Shown: positions 9,735-20,762, counted from the stretch's first letter. The stretch is DNA of 64,000 nucleotides from Candidatus Poribacteria bacterium (GCA_965198235.1 OZ240248.1:2912001-2976000), one strand, 5' to 3'. The notes: a model not told the origin generated them from the sequence alone. Made by a program: numbers and translations.

Positions 9735-10694
9735 CTACCACGCATACGCCTCTGGTGCTTCACCACCAGGACCCGCCCAAATCTTATCGAGCCTTGCGAT
9801 GATTTCATCGTCTAATTCCAATTCCAAGACCGATAAGTTCTGCTCAAGTTGTTCGACTGTCCGCGGTCCGATAATCGGCACTGTAACGTCCGGGTTGTTG
9901 AGTACCCACGCCAAGGCAACGTTCGCTGGCAGTTGTCCTATCGACGCGCAGAGTTCTTCATACGCTTCCAATTGTGATCGGTGTGTCTCAATCGTGTCTC
10001 TCAGTGATTCCCTGCCCCGTCGACCGGTAGTCGGGCTATCCAGCACACCGCAGAGCAGCCCACCACCCATCGGACTATATGGAATGACCGCCAAACCGAG
10101 TTCCCGGCAACACGGTAACACCTCAAGTTCAATTTTCCGACTGCGGAGATTATACACGCTCTGCTCTGAGACGAGACCGAGGAAATTGCGTTGGGTAGCA
10201 ATACCTTGTGCGCGGGCGATATGCCACGCCGCGAAGTTGCTACTGCCGACGTATGAAATTTTGCCTTCACGCACCAATTGCTCCATCCCCTGCCAAATTT
10301 CATCCCACGGCGTACGGCGATCAATATGGTGCATCTGATATAAATCTATATGGTCTGTTCGTAAACGGCGTAGACTGTCCTCACACGCGCGACGAATATG
10401 ATACGCCGACAGACGACCGTCATTGGGTCCCTCACCCGTCGAACCATACAATTTGGTCGCCAGAACAATCTGATCGCGTCGACTTTTATCCTCTGCTAAC
10501 CAGTTTCCAACGATCGTCTCCGTTAAACCTTCATTATAGATGTTAGCAGTATCGAAAAAGTTAATTCCGGCTTGCAGTGCCCGACTCAGCACCGGCAACG
10601 CATCTTCTTCGGACGTATGTCCCCCAAAATTGACGGTGCCGAGACAGAGACGGCTCACCCGCAGTCCAATCCGACCGAGATAGGTATACTCCAT
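9735..10694 (-). CDS. Aldo/keto reductase
   Basis: GLRVSRLCLGT, FDTANIY, LATK, DLYQMH, YSPMGGG. Confidence 0.95.
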   Translation of the reverse strand: MEYTYLGRIGLRVSRLCLGTVNFGGHTSEEDALPVLSRALQAGINFFDTANIYNEGLTETIVGNWLAEDKSRRDQIVLATKLYGSTGEGPNDGRLSAYHIRRACEDSLRRLRTDHIDLYQMHHIDRRTPWDEIWQGMEQLVREGKISYVGSSNFAAWHIARAQGIATQRNFLGLVSEQSVYNLRSRKIELEVLPCCRELGLAVIPYSPMGGGLLCGVLDSPTTGRRGRESLRDTIETHRSQLEAYEELCASIGQLPANVALAWVLNNPDVTVPIIGPRTVEQLEQNLSVLELELDDEIIARLDKIWAGPGGEAPEAYAW

Positions 10695-10813
10695 AGCGAA
10701 TGCTCCTTATCTGTATAGATCTTGGTAACGTGAAATCCGGTAGCTAAGAACGTTTGCTAACCATTTTATCAAATTTTGGCTTTTTGATTAACAAAAATCT
10801 GTCACACTTTCGC

Positions 10814-10842
10814 TTGCCATGCCGATAAAGACATGATATATT
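10814..10842 (+). promoter_or_regulatory. sigma70-type promoter of the M81 peptidase gene
   Basis: TTGCCA-N17-TATATT with extended TG, followed by an AAGGAG RBS. Confidence 0.55.
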
Positions 10843-10875
10843 GGTTTCGTATCCAAGCACGAAAGGAGATAACCC

Positions 10876-12351
10876 ATGCGAATTGCAGTCGGTTGTATCG
10901 GACACGAAACTAACACATTTTCACCCGTCCTGACAACCATTGATAACTTCAAAAAGGGGAGTTACCACCGCGGTGAAGAAATCATCGCCGCGTTCCAAGG
11001 TACCCGAACCATTACCGGTGGTTTCCTTGATGTCGCCGAACAACTCAATTTACAACCCGTCCCACTTCTGTGGGCGTTTGCGACACCCTCCGGCATGGTA
11101 GAGCAACCCGCTTATCAGACGCTTAAAACGGAGTTTTTGACGCTTTTACAGAACGCCGGAGAACTTGACGGGGTCCTTCTCGACTTACACGGCGCGATGG
11201 TAACAGATGAACTCGAAGACGCGGAAGGCGACTTGATTCAGGCAGTACGTGAGACAGTAGGTGAAACGTGGATCGTCACAACGCTCGACCTACACGCAAA
11301 TATCACCGCCAAAATGGCGTATTACTCCGACGTTATCATCGGGTTTGATACCTATCCGCACATAGACTGCTACGAACGTGGGTTTGAAGCCGGACAACTG
11401 CTCTTCGGTATGATCGAGAACAAAATTCGCCCCACAATGGCATACCGTCAACTCCCTCTACTGACCGCGCCCCCTGCACAGTGCACAATGAAATCCCCCA
11501 TGATAGACGTGATCAACGCACTTCATAACCTTGAAACCGAGCGCGGCGTTGTGACGGCAACCCTCTCTATGGGTTTTCCGTTTGCCGATATAACGGATGC
11601 CGGCGTTTCAGTCCTCGTTACCACCAACGGGGATGTGGCACTTGCCGAAGCATACGCGGATCAGTTTGCATCCAATATCTGGGAGATGCGCGAGCAGTTC
11701 ACTTTTAACCTGCACACTGTCGAAGCCGCAATTGAAATCGCTAGCCAAACAGATGGCAATCCGATTGTACTCGCCGACGGCGCGGATAATCCGGGTGGTG
11801 GTGGTCCCTGTGACGGCACAACGATTCTCCAAAAGTTTATAGAAGCAGACGTTCAAGACGCAGTGGTCGCGGTGATCGCAGATCCCGAATCAGTTGCCCA
11901 AGCAGTTGAGGCAGGTGTCGGAAACCAGGTCCAACTGCGCGTCGGTGGCAAAACGGACACGCAACACGGGGCACTCGTCGCGCTAACAGGATCCGTCAAA
12001 ACCCTCTCTGATGGCAAATTTATCCTCAAGGGTCCTATGGGGCGCGGCACTGTTGGGCAAATGGGCACAACAGCTGTCATCCAAGTGGGTGGGATTGAGA
12101 TTATCCTGACGGAAAGGCGAATCCAACCTTACGATGCTGAAGTGCTTCGGAGCGTTGGAATTGAACCGAAGGCGCGTAAACTCATCGCACTCAAATCCGC
12201 TGTCCATTTCCGCGCAGATTACACACCCATCGCACATCAGATTTTGGACGTGGATACCCCTGGCGTTCACAGCCCGAACCTTTTCAGTTATGATTATCAG
12301 AAGTTAAGGCATCCAATTTATCCATTTGATCCAACCGTTACTTACGGGTAA
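10876..12351 (+). CDS. MlrC-like M81 metallopeptidase/deacylase
   Basis: HETNTFS, LHGAM, DLHAN, YPHID, DNPGGG and KSAVHFRA motifs. Confidence 0.92.
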   Translation: MRIAVGCIGHETNTFSPVLTTIDNFKKGSYHRGEEIIAAFQGTRTITGGFLDVAEQLNLQPVPLLWAFATPSGMVEQPAYQTLKTEFLTLLQNAGELDGVLLDLHGAMVTDELEDAEGDLIQAVRETVGETWIVTTLDLHANITAKMAYYSDVIIGFDTYPHIDCYERGFEAGQLLFGMIENKIRPTMAYRQLPLLTAPPAQCTMKSPMIDVINALHNLETERGVVTATLSMGFPFADITDAGVSVLVTTNGDVALAEAYADQFASNIWEMREQFTFNLHTVEAAIEIASQTDGNPIVLADGADNPGGGGPCDGTTILQKFIEADVQDAVVAVIADPESVAQAVEAGVGNQVQLRVGGKTDTQHGALVALTGSVKTLSDGKFILKGPMGRGTVGQMGTTAVIQVGGIEIILTERRIQPYDAEVLRSVGIEPKARKLIALKSAVHFRADYTPIAHQILDVDTPGVHSPNLFSYDYQKLRHPIYPFDPTVTYG

Positions 12352-12690
12352 CCGATGTAATCTAAACTGATTATTGCTCTCAGCACGTTGGGTATCAATG
12401 CCGAGTGCGCGTCCGGCATTCGTCGGGGTTGAACGGAAATTTCTGTCGTGGTAGGTCAGAACCATGCGACCCATCGTCGATAATTGTAGTGAATTATGAA
12501 AATATTTAGGCATTTCAGTGAGTTGGGACTGAGAGAACACCCCTTCCACCGCAGGCGAAGTTTCCTAACCTCGCCTGTTCACGTTGTATTGTTAATTCTA
12601 TATTTCACTATAGATGCAGGGGTAGTTCTTGCGCCTATCCCGTTCTTACCAACAACCGAAAACCGACAACCATTCAAAGGACAAGAGCAA

Positions 12691-14058
12691 GTGATAGAAA
12701 GACGTGTCACCGGAAACTATGAAATGAACCTGGTGTTAACTGGGAAGCCAGGCACTGCAGAAACCAAAATCTTCTTCTCCGGGGATACTATATCAGGAAA
12801 ACGAGCATATCTCACGATTTCCACGAAGGGCTTCAAGATCGCCCGCGAAATCGATGCTGACACGCGAATCTGGAAAACTTATGATAACATTGGAAAACCG
12901 CCGTGGAACGTCAGGATTCTAAAGAAGGGCAATTTTTTCAGGTTTTGGGTCAGCGGGACGACCGGCTGGATTCGAGGTCCTTTGGGTGAATGGGAGGATA
13001 TTCACGAACCGAGGGACAACCATCTCAGTGTTGAAACACCATCAGGCATCCAACTCCAATCCTGCACCATGGCAACCCTCCCATGGCTTCAAGAGATCAC
13101 CACATCGGTCATATCTTGTGGTCCAAAGGGCAGCTTCTATGAGGAACAGATCATACCGGGTGCGATCATTGAATACGACGGCTTGTATTACATGTACGTC
13201 ATGGCAGGGATGGTAGGCGACAAGGAGGGATCTTCAAGACGGACGATCGGTGTGGCTGTGAGTCCAGACCTGAAACAGTGGGAAGTGCATCCAGAACCCC
13301 TCATCTCCTATCTCGATACACCGTACGACAATCTGTATGTCAGCGGTGCTGTCGTCACAGATGAGAAGCGCGTCGCTATCATGTTCTCTGCGCAGAAGTT
13401 TCCAGAATGGCAAGGCTTTATGTTAGCAACAGCGAACCACCCGCTGGATTCATTTGTGCAGCATACGGACAATCCAGTCTATAAGCATCCCACGCATGCA
13501 CACGAGTTCGATCTCATTCGCGCTGAAGGACTACCGCATCGCTATCTCCTTTTCTACGCTGGATTTACGCCGGAGCCTCAGCACGGATCGGCAGGAGATC
13601 GAGGGTATCTACTCTACAGCGACGATCTGGTGAACTGGCACTCCGACAAACGGAATCCGGTCTTCAGTCCCGAAACACTGGACAACTGGGACGCGATCCA
13701 CGTCCGACCGAGATCTCTGAACAAGGTCGGTGATACATGGTATCTGTGGTATGAGGGATGCAACACATGGAAACCGGAGGGTGTGTCTCATCACGGTTGG
13801 TGGGATACGGTAGGACTCGCACGTTCAGAGGACCTCGTCAACTGGGAATACTACCCGAGAAACCCGACTCTACCCGGTCTCGGCATCAACGCCGACCAAT
13901 TCGACAGCAACTGGGTCGGCTGGCCACGTATGTACATCAAAGACGGTATCGGATACGTCTTTTATACAGGAAACGCCCAAGTCGGATTACGGACGATTCT
14001 CTTGGACGATCTCACCAACTGGCAAACAGAAGGCGGACAGATATTTAACTTACCATAG
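12691..14058 (+). CDS. Five-bladed beta-propeller glycoside-hydrolase-like protein (GH32/43/130 clan); start uncertain
   Basis: Repeated SxDLxxW boxes (SPDLKQW, SDDLVNW, SEDLVNW) and NPV motifs. The ORF-track extension to 12496 runs through repeat sequence, so GTG 12691 was chosen. Confidence 0.7.
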   Translation: MIERRVTGNYEMNLVLTGKPGTAETKIFFSGDTISGKRAYLTISTKGFKIAREIDADTRIWKTYDNIGKPPWNVRILKKGNFFRFWVSGTTGWIRGPLGEWEDIHEPRDNHLSVETPSGIQLQSCTMATLPWLQEITTSVISCGPKGSFYEEQIIPGAIIEYDGLYYMYVMAGMVGDKEGSSRRTIGVAVSPDLKQWEVHPEPLISYLDTPYDNLYVSGAVVTDEKRVAIMFSAQKFPEWQGFMLATANHPLDSFVQHTDNPVYKHPTHAHEFDLIRAEGLPHRYLLFYAGFTPEPQHGSAGDRGYLLYSDDLVNWHSDKRNPVFSPETLDNWDAIHVRPRSLNKVGDTWYLWYEGCNTWKPEGVSHHGWWDTVGLARSEDLVNWEYYPRNPTLPGLGINADQFDSNWVGWPRMYIKDGIGYVFYTGNAQVGLRTILLDDLTNWQTEGGQIFNLP

Positions 14059-14066
14059 CATATCCT

Positions 14067-14452
14067 TCCTGTAGAAGTGAACTCCGATTCTCCGACGGCT
14101 GACCTCCCTTCTTGTAGAAATATCTATAGATTCGCAAATCTGACTATATTTTCACAGTTTTCATAGCAAATCCGAGAAATCAATAAGTGTCGTGAAAGGG
14201 GATAAATCCTCACGTGTATTGGGTTTTAGACGGTTTTCATCACAGCGTATTATGAAAGTTGCTATGAAAGTTGCTATGAAAATTTCACACCGGTCTCTAT
14301 CAGTCATAAAACTTTCTCGGTGCTGGAGTGATAATTGTATATCTTCCTATCTATAAATGTTCCGAAGGATTCCTCACTTTCACGGAGGCTTCACGGAGGT
14401 TTTTACGGGCGTAGGCGTGCCGTGTAGGAGTGACCTTTCGGTCGCGACTCCT
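14067..14452. repeat. Cluster of REP-like GTAGGA elements and short tandem repeats
   Basis: GTAGAAGTGAACTCCGATT (~14071), GTAGGAGTGACCTTTCGGTCGCGAC (~14424), a TATGAAAGTTGC tandem with an inverted TTTCATAGCA, and TTCACGGAGG x2. Confidence 0.6.
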
Positions 14453-14505
14453 GCTGATAACGGACAACGCTTGTAACTGAACCAAAGACGTTGGCTAAAT
14501 AGACT

Positions 14506-15747
14506 CTACACACGCCTCTCCAAAACCACGCCTTCCCGTTCAATACGCTCGAAGGTCTCTTTGTATTCAAAACTGTGATCGTTATCCCAATACATCGTGG
14601 AAATAGGAGCGGTGTAGCTCATTGGAATCAGGCGACTCCGATCCGGACGGACCATGAAAAGCGAATTCTTCGGATCCGCGATGTTATACATATTCGTACC
14701 ATTTTTGAATTGGGATTTGAGAATCCACCGCTTCTGTTCCGGTAGATTTAAAGACTTCAGACGCTCTAATTCATCACGGTTCAGCGTCACGCCGAGTCCA
14801 GGAGATTCAGGGACACGCACAAATCCGTTAATCGGGGTCAATTTCTCGTTGACCACATCTGTTTTCCATGTCTCGGTATCCGAATGAAAATGAAAGGTCG
14901 CCGTTGGAAATGCTGTCATCATATGGGTTGTCATCGCACGCGTGATATTTCCACCCACGTTTTGAAGCATGAACGGACTTCCATTTGCCGCAAAAAGCCC
15001 AGCGCGTCGGATTGCATCACCGATCTTCGCGTGCCCCAGCATGTAAATATCTGCAGGTTTCATAAACACCTCGTAAGTCGCACCCATCGGAAAATGGTGG
15101 AGTACAATCGGCAGTCGTGAACGTTGGCGGAGTTCGATGTAGCCCTGTATGTCTTCACCGGGCAATGGATCTTCAAAGCAACCAGCGATCCGGTATTGAG
15201 ATAACGCATCAACCAATTCAGGAATGTGGTCATCTGTCCCACCCATCGTAAAATCGTAGTGGATTTTGAACCCATCCGGTGCAACGGTTTCCATCGCCTC
15301 GGTCTGGTCGAAGACATTTTCGAAGGGTGAGAGATGATATTTCATCCATGTGTACCCTTGCGCCGCATAAGTAGCAACGGTTTCTGCCATGCGCGCGGGG
15401 TCGGTCGAAACAGTCCAACAGCCGACAGGCACCCACGAACGATACTTTTGTCCGAATAACTTATACACCGGCACGCCTGCCGCCTTCCCCATCAAGTCAT
15501 ACATCGCCGTGCCAAGTCCAAGCGAGGCCTCATCTCCTACCCAGTCAAACGGATTTGTCCCGATGTACTGATCAATAATATCTTGAGGCTCGCGTCTCCC
15601 GCTCTCACCCAATCCCTCCAAGCCCGTATCCGTGTGGACAACATATACAGTACGCCGGATCGGACCGTAGTAGTGATTCAGTTGATAGGCGAGAAAATCT
15701 TGGTATTCAAGCGTGATCTCGTGAACTTCAATTTCTGTAATCTTCAT
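14506..15747 (-). CDS. Enolase-superfamily (mandelate racemase/muconate lactonizing) enzyme
   Basis: MKITEIE start, TDTGLEGLGE, AMYDLMGKAAGVPVYKLFG, FEDP, VPESPGLGV. Confidence 0.85.
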   Translation of the reverse strand: MKITEIEVHEITLEYQDFLAYQLNHYYGPIRRTVYVVHTDTGLEGLGESGRREPQDIIDQYIGTNPFDWVGDEASLGLGTAMYDLMGKAAGVPVYKLFGQKYRSWVPVGCWTVSTDPARMAETVATYAAQGYTWMKYHLSPFENVFDQTEAMETVAPDGFKIHYDFTMGGTDDHIPELVDALSQYRIAGCFEDPLPGEDIQGYIELRQRSRLPIVLHHFPMGATYEVFMKPADIYMLGHAKIGDAIRRAGLFAANGSPFMLQNVGGNITRAMTTHMMTAFPTATFHFHSDTETWKTDVVNEKLTPINGFVRVPESPGLGVTLNRDELERLKSLNLPEQKRWILKSQFKNGTNMYNIADPKNSLFMVRPDRSRLIPMSYTAPISTMYWDNDHSFEYKETFERIEREGVVLERRV

Positions 15748-16080
15748 TATGACTCTCAGATATTGCGGACCAAAATCCTCTTTTGAGGACACCCAAACTT
15801 GTCCGAAGGATTCTCTTTCGTATTTTTTTGTCCTTGCATTCCTTCAACGTACCGAAAACTGAGCGACGCGACCTACCAATTTTACCCTCTACATCTGAGC
15901 GCGGTTTGCTACACGTGGTTTATAGAGTATTATATCGCAAAGCAGATGTCAAGGGCTTTGTTTCAAAAATGAAAGTTGTTTCAGTCGTGAAAACCGTTTG
16001 TTTCTGATGTTCCCAGTTGTTCTCAGCACGTAGATTAGGTTGAACATCAGCAAACCCAACACTTGCAGGAGAGGTCTCCG

Positions 16081-16219
16081 AATCCGCGTAATCCGTGTAA
16101 TCCGTATAATCCACAGAATCCACGATTCGGACAATGAATAACTAACAACCTCAAAAAACTATTGACGCTCTCCCTAAAATATGCCAAAATATAAATGAAA
16201 TCCGTGTAATCCGCGATCC
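16081..16219. repeat. Nonamer tandem repeat AATCCRYRN
   Basis: Five units at 16081-16125 and two more at 16199-16219. Confidence 0.8.
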
Positions 16220-16278
16220 AGACAATTAACAATCACCGAATGTGCTTGAAATGAACACTGAATGTTAGGAGGTTAATT

Positions 16279-18123
16279 GTGCGTACTTCAACCTTTACAC
16301 CCGAAGAAGCCGGTGCCGGTTCTATTCATTTTGAACCAGTGCCTATGGAGACGGTGGAGCAAACCGAACTTGCATACCATCAACTCTGTCGTGCTGATGA
16401 GTTTCAAGACTTGGAAGGCAAACCATTCCACGTCAACGGCACACACTTGGCTGTTTTCAAATACCAAGATAAATTTTACGCTGTTGATAACCGATGCCCA
16501 CACATGGGGTATCCTATGTCCAAAGGCAGCATCCGAGATGGGGTCCTGATCTGCCACTGGCATCACTGGGAATTTGATCTCAAATCTGGTGGTTGCTTTC
16601 TGGCTTTCGGCGATGATCTGAAAGCCTTTCCCGTCGAACGCCGCGATGACGGTTATCTGTATGTCGGATTAGCAAAGGGTGAGCGAGAGGCGGCAAAACG
16701 ACGCGTCATTGACCGTGGCAAGCGGGCACTTGAGCGAGGACTCAAAGACCGCAGCACTTTCTTTATCGCTAAAGCTGTCACCGCGCTTCGAGATGCGGGC
16801 GCAGCACCGAGCGAAATTATTCATCAGGGACTCCACTACGGCGCACATAAGAGTAGCGAGGGATGGTCATCTGGCGTAGCTATCCTCACCTTGGCGGCGA
16901 ACTTGTGGGACGATGTAGACCCAAAAGACCATAACCTGTTTCTCGTACACGGCTTGAGTCAGATTAGCCGTCGAACGACAGGAAGTTCTCGCCCCTATCG
17001 TGCACCGTTTCCCACAATGAGTGAGGAGCACGACCTTGAAACGCTCAAGCGGTGGTTCCGCTACTTTGTGGATAAACGGCACTCAGGTGCAGCCGAGCGT
17101 ATCTTGTTGACGCTTAATGACCGCGGCTACGATAAATCGATGATTGCAAATTTCGTCTTCACTGCAGCGACTGACTACTACTTTACGGGCGATGGACATG
17201 CCCTCGATTTCGCCAACAAAATGTTTGAGGCGTTAGATTATGTCGAATGGGAAGGGGCACACGAAATTTTGCGCCCGATTGTTATCGATCTGATAAGCCG
17301 AACCCGCCATGAGGAGACTTCTCGGTGGGCAGATGCCGTGCCTGTGTTAGAACCCGTCTTTGAGCGGCTTGATAGTATCTGGAAGGACAACCAAGCCAAC
17401 GAAGCGGAACTCGATATTTCAGCGTTTACACAGACACTCCTCGGCGACGATTTCGAGCCGACTGTCGTTGAGGTCGAAGAAAAACTTCGCGCGGGTGTGA
17501 ATCCGAGAGACATCTGCCGCGCGATGACCTACGCTTCTGCAATTCGGACGGCTCGTTTCCATCTGAAGAACGAAGGGGATTGGCACGATGTAGCGAACAT
17601 TTACTCGTATGCGCACGCGCTTTACCACGCTTTTGATTATGCACCGAGTGCCAGTTTACTGCGTGGTATTTTTCATGGTGTGGTTTTCTTGGCATATTTG
17701 CGTTGGCTGAACATGCCTGCCGCCCGCATACCGAGGCACGGGCAGCGGGTACCTGATGAAACTTATGACTCCTCTGATAAGATGCTGGAGAGGTTACAAG
17801 AGTTTGCGGACTTCCAGAAGGTCTACGAGGCAGAGATTCTGGTGAACCAGTATCTGGAAGAGGGGCATGAGATTGCGCCATTGAAGCAAACACTTGCACA
17901 CATTCTGCTCCGCGAAGATGCCGAACTCCACATGTTTCAGGTACTGGAAGTGGCGTTCCGGCATTACGAGTTGTCGGTTGATGTGGAAGAGCAGCGAATG
18001 CATCTATTGGCAGCGACCCGTTACATCACAGCGCAGAAGCTGATGAAGAACATCTTGTGGTCTACCGAAAACGCGGAGCGTCTCGCACGAGGTGAGTTGC
18101 TGAGTGAACGCGACGATGATTGA
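16279..18123 (+). CDS. Rieske [2Fe-2S] domain fused to a large helical domain of unknown function
   Basis: CPH...CHWH Rieske ligands in the first ~130 aa. GTG start after AGGAGG. Confidence 0.85.
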   Translation: MRTSTFTPEEAGAGSIHFEPVPMETVEQTELAYHQLCRADEFQDLEGKPFHVNGTHLAVFKYQDKFYAVDNRCPHMGYPMSKGSIRDGVLICHWHHWEFDLKSGGCFLAFGDDLKAFPVERRDDGYLYVGLAKGEREAAKRRVIDRGKRALERGLKDRSTFFIAKAVTALRDAGAAPSEIIHQGLHYGAHKSSEGWSSGVAILTLAANLWDDVDPKDHNLFLVHGLSQISRRTTGSSRPYRAPFPTMSEEHDLETLKRWFRYFVDKRHSGAAERILLTLNDRGYDKSMIANFVFTAATDYYFTGDGHALDFANKMFEALDYVEWEGAHEILRPIVIDLISRTRHEETSRWADAVPVLEPVFERLDSIWKDNQANEAELDISAFTQTLLGDDFEPTVVEVEEKLRAGVNPRDICRAMTYASAIRTARFHLKNEGDWHDVANIYSYAHALYHAFDYAPSASLLRGIFHGVVFLAYLRWLNMPAARIPRHGQRVPDETYDSSDKMLERLQEFADFQKVYEAEILVNQYLEEGHEIAPLKQTLAHILLREDAELHMFQVLEVAFRHYELSVDVEEQRMHLLAATRYITAQKLMKNILWSTENAERLARGELLSERDDD

Positions 18124-18176
18124 TGCCGCTCTTGAGTTGTATAGTAAGATCCAAAAATCAAAAATGTGTGGACAGT

Positions 18177-18297
18177 TGTTCAGTGAACAAGGTTCTATCT
18201 CTGCCTATTTTCTATCGCCGAACCAACAGGTCTATCGCTTCTGTTGTTCAGTGAACAAGGTCCTATCTCTGCTGGCGAGGATTGTATCCTCGCCTAT
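18177..18297. repeat. Tandem TGTTCAGTGAACAAGG units plus a GGCGAGG...CCTCGCC palindrome
   Basis: Two near-identical units 68 bp apart, each with the palindrome TGTTCAGTGAACA. Confidence 0.65.
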
Positions 18298-18860
18298 TCA
18301 TTCACAAGGAAGCAATTTTGGACAGTGATGTTTTCGGACGAGGGTCCTTCACCACTGACTTTGATTGCTGCACCGCCTCCCACAGGTCTTCCATACTCGC
18401 GGCGTACCGCGTCGATACGGCAGTCGGCTACCGTTACGTTGTGACACTCAGAGAGATTAAGCCCATCGCTACCCGTTCGGATGTCAACGTTGTCACTGAG
18501 TAGCCCGTCGCAACCTTCAGCCAGAATCGCGGAATCACCACCTCTATAGACGTTCAAGTTGCGGATTTCCACGTTTTTGCAGCGTTTCAAGGCGATACAC
18601 GTGCTGCCCGTGCCATCAAGGGTTCCAGGACCGTAGATTTTTATGTTTTTCAAGTCCTCTCCGACAAGCAGTGAGAGATCTGCATTAGGGTAGGAAAACT
18701 TAAGGACAGCACCCGCATCAACCGCGAGGGTAACATTACTCTTCAGGTGGATAGAGCCGGTTGCGTAAACACCGGACGGCACGAAGACCGTGCCACCCCC
18801 AGCCGCGTGGCAGGCGGTGATAGCTCCATTGATCGCGTCCGCGTCATGCCTTTTGGTCAA
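18294..18860 (-). pseudogene. Truncated pectate-lyase-3 / GH28-like beta-helix gene
   Basis: DAINGAITACHAAGGGTVFVPSGVY...LKSNVTL is the typical GH28 N-terminus, but it is only ~190 aa, lacks a convincing start or signal peptide, and abuts the upstream gene's stop. Confidence 0.55.
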
Positions 18861-19449
18861 CCATGCTTGTGAGAATGCCGAGGATTTCGCTACACTGACG
18901 GATGTGATAGATCTCCATATCAATATGGAGTTTCTGCTCCTCCAACTTGAGGAAGAGCCACTCAGTGCCCGTAGTGGTAGCTCCATAAACGCGCGGAATG
19001 TTATTTCCTCTTTCCTCATTAAAGCGTTGGGCGGCGATCATCTCCGCAACACATTGTCCTAATCCAGTTGTTGGGTCAGCGTTCTTCGCTTCAACGATGA
19101 TGATGACAGGGGCCTCAAGATAAAATTGGTCTGGGGACAGACTCACTAAAAAATCGCAGACCCCCGTTAATCCGCTTTCAACATCAAGACTAAAGTCAAT
19201 CCCGGAGAAAAAACTAATGCGGTGCTCAAAGTGCTCCCGAAGTTCAACGAGAACATTAGCCACAATTAATTCCGACCGCGCTTTCTCTGTTCTTATAGCA
19301 ACGGCTAAGGGCACCTTCTTTGCCAACTCCTTTGTGAGTTCTACACTCGGATCCACCGGTTCGCTACTGGAAAAGATGTCTGTGGATTCAATTTTCTCGA
19401 GATCAAACGTTTTCCGTACCGTTTCTAAGGTAAAATTGCTATAAGCCAT
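18844..19449 (-). CDS. PD-(D/E)XK nuclease-fold protein (HsdR-N-like)
   Basis: G.CDFL...IIVEAK...GQCVAEM...YGATTTG.EW.FL pattern. Confidence 0.65.
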   Translation of the reverse strand: MAYSNFTLETVRKTFDLEKIESTDIFSSSEPVDPSVELTKELAKKVPLAVAIRTEKARSELIVANVLVELREHFEHRISFFSGIDFSLDVESGLTGVCDFLVSLSPDQFYLEAPVIIIVEAKNADPTTGLGQCVAEMIAAQRFNEERGNNIPRVYGATTTGTEWLFLKLEEQKLHIDMEIYHIRQCSEILGILTSMVDQKA

Positions 19450-19504
19450 TTGTACAGAACCTCATTTTATGTCACAACTATCGCAGTGAGAAATTGTCAG
19501 TTCC

Positions 19505-20269
19505 TTACGGGCTGGTTTTTATATTTCCCCATGTGGTGGCTAATTTGCCCGCGGGGTAAACCGCCAGCGCGGATTTCAGCCCATTTGTCATGAGGACCTT
19601 GATGTCATCTTCAGTGAGCGCGACACTGAAAAACGCAATCTCGTCAAAGAGACCAGAAAAATATTGTCCCCATTGATCTAAAAAATTCGCACCGATACCG
19701 ATATCCGTAAAAGTATAAGAATCGGCAACTGTGTCACCCTCTTTGCCATTGTAATAGCCTGTCACATTCCCCTCGCCATCAAATACAAACGCATAGTGTC
19801 CCCATTTATTGTCATCAAATTCTGGGATGACAGGTTTCCATGCGCTACTCCAGATTTCAACCGCTCCATTTTGGTACCGAGTTGTGAAAGCCGGATTTGT
19901 CGGTCCACTGATGTTCGATATCAACCGATCATCATTAGCAGCATCACTCGGATTTGCCCATAAAACCAATGTAACCTCTCCAGACAAGCCTAAATCCCCA
20001 ACAATGATATGTCCCTTACTCTCATTTCCATCAAATCCCAGCGCGGATCCGAACTTACTGTTCTTTGTCCATTTCGGACTGTTCTCAAGTTTCCCATCAT
20101 TACCATTTTCAGAGGAATCCGCCGCTGTATTACCCTTGCCCTCATCAAAGAGCCACATCCCGGCAACGGTTTTCAGATCAAATTCGGCATCGCTGATGCC
20201 CACAAACATCAGGCTCAGGATAATTAAACTGACACATGCAAGCATTAAATTCGCTATTACGATTTTCAT
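19505..20269 (-). CDS. Secreted LamG-like jellyroll protein
   Basis: Signal peptide, WLFDEG, W.HYAF, FSGLFDEIAFF, C-terminal AVYPAGKLATTWGNIK. Confidence 0.9.
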   Translation of the reverse strand: MKIVIANLMLACVSLIILSLMFVGISDAEFDLKTVAGMWLFDEGKGNTAADSSENGNDGKLENSPKWTKNSKFGSALGFDGNESKGHIIVGDLGLSGEVTLVLWANPSDAANDDRLISNISGPTNPAFTTRYQNGAVEIWSSAWKPVIPEFDDNKWGHYAFVFDGEGNVTGYYNGKEGDTVADSYTFTDIGIGANFLDQWGQYFSGLFDEIAFFSVALTEDDIKVLMTNGLKSALAVYPAGKLATTWGNIKTSP

Positions 20270-20733
20270 CCGCCATAACCTCCTTTAATTATGAAGAGAG
20301 TTGTGAATTGAGAATTCGTGACGACACATGGGGTTAAATGTGTGATGCGTGAATAGACAACTAACTCATCTTATCAATCGTCTGCTATTTTATCACGGAC
20401 TCAATTAGCAGTCATCTTTTCCTGAACGACGCAGAAAATAAAGTCGTTGCTAATATTCCATCCGGATTTTGAATCCGACTGAAAACCATTATAACATATA
20501 GATTACAAATGGAATAAAAAATTCTTTCGGTAATCTGGGAAAACAGTCAGAATTTGTAGAAAATTAGTGTCACTCGGTTCTCCTATAGCGACGCTACTTG
20601 GACCTTGCTATACCCGCGAAAGGAACGATCTCCAAATAACGACTTTTTGAATCGGACGGACAGAAAACCGAAACGGGGATCCTCGCACAAATTATTGGAG
20701 AACTAAATAGCCCGAAAGGGAAATAGATTCCGC

Positions 20734-20762
20734 TTGACATTATGCGTCCCTTATAATAAAAT
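20734..20762 (+). promoter_or_regulatory. sigma70 promoter
   Basis: TTGACA-N17-TAAAAT upstream of the gene at 20830. Confidence 0.65.

Noticed and set aside
12496-12690. ORF-track N-terminal extensions (also 9664-9741, 32673-32858, 36753-36881, 48249-48359, 52802-52939, 61972-62040)
   Set aside because: They run through repeats, promoters or neighbouring genes, and downstream starts generally have better RBS or family-typical N-termini.
16081-18300. Tandem repeats at 16081-16219 and 18177-18297 as a CRISPR array
   Set aside because: Units are 9-mers or only two copies, there are no unique regular spacers, and no cas genes are present.
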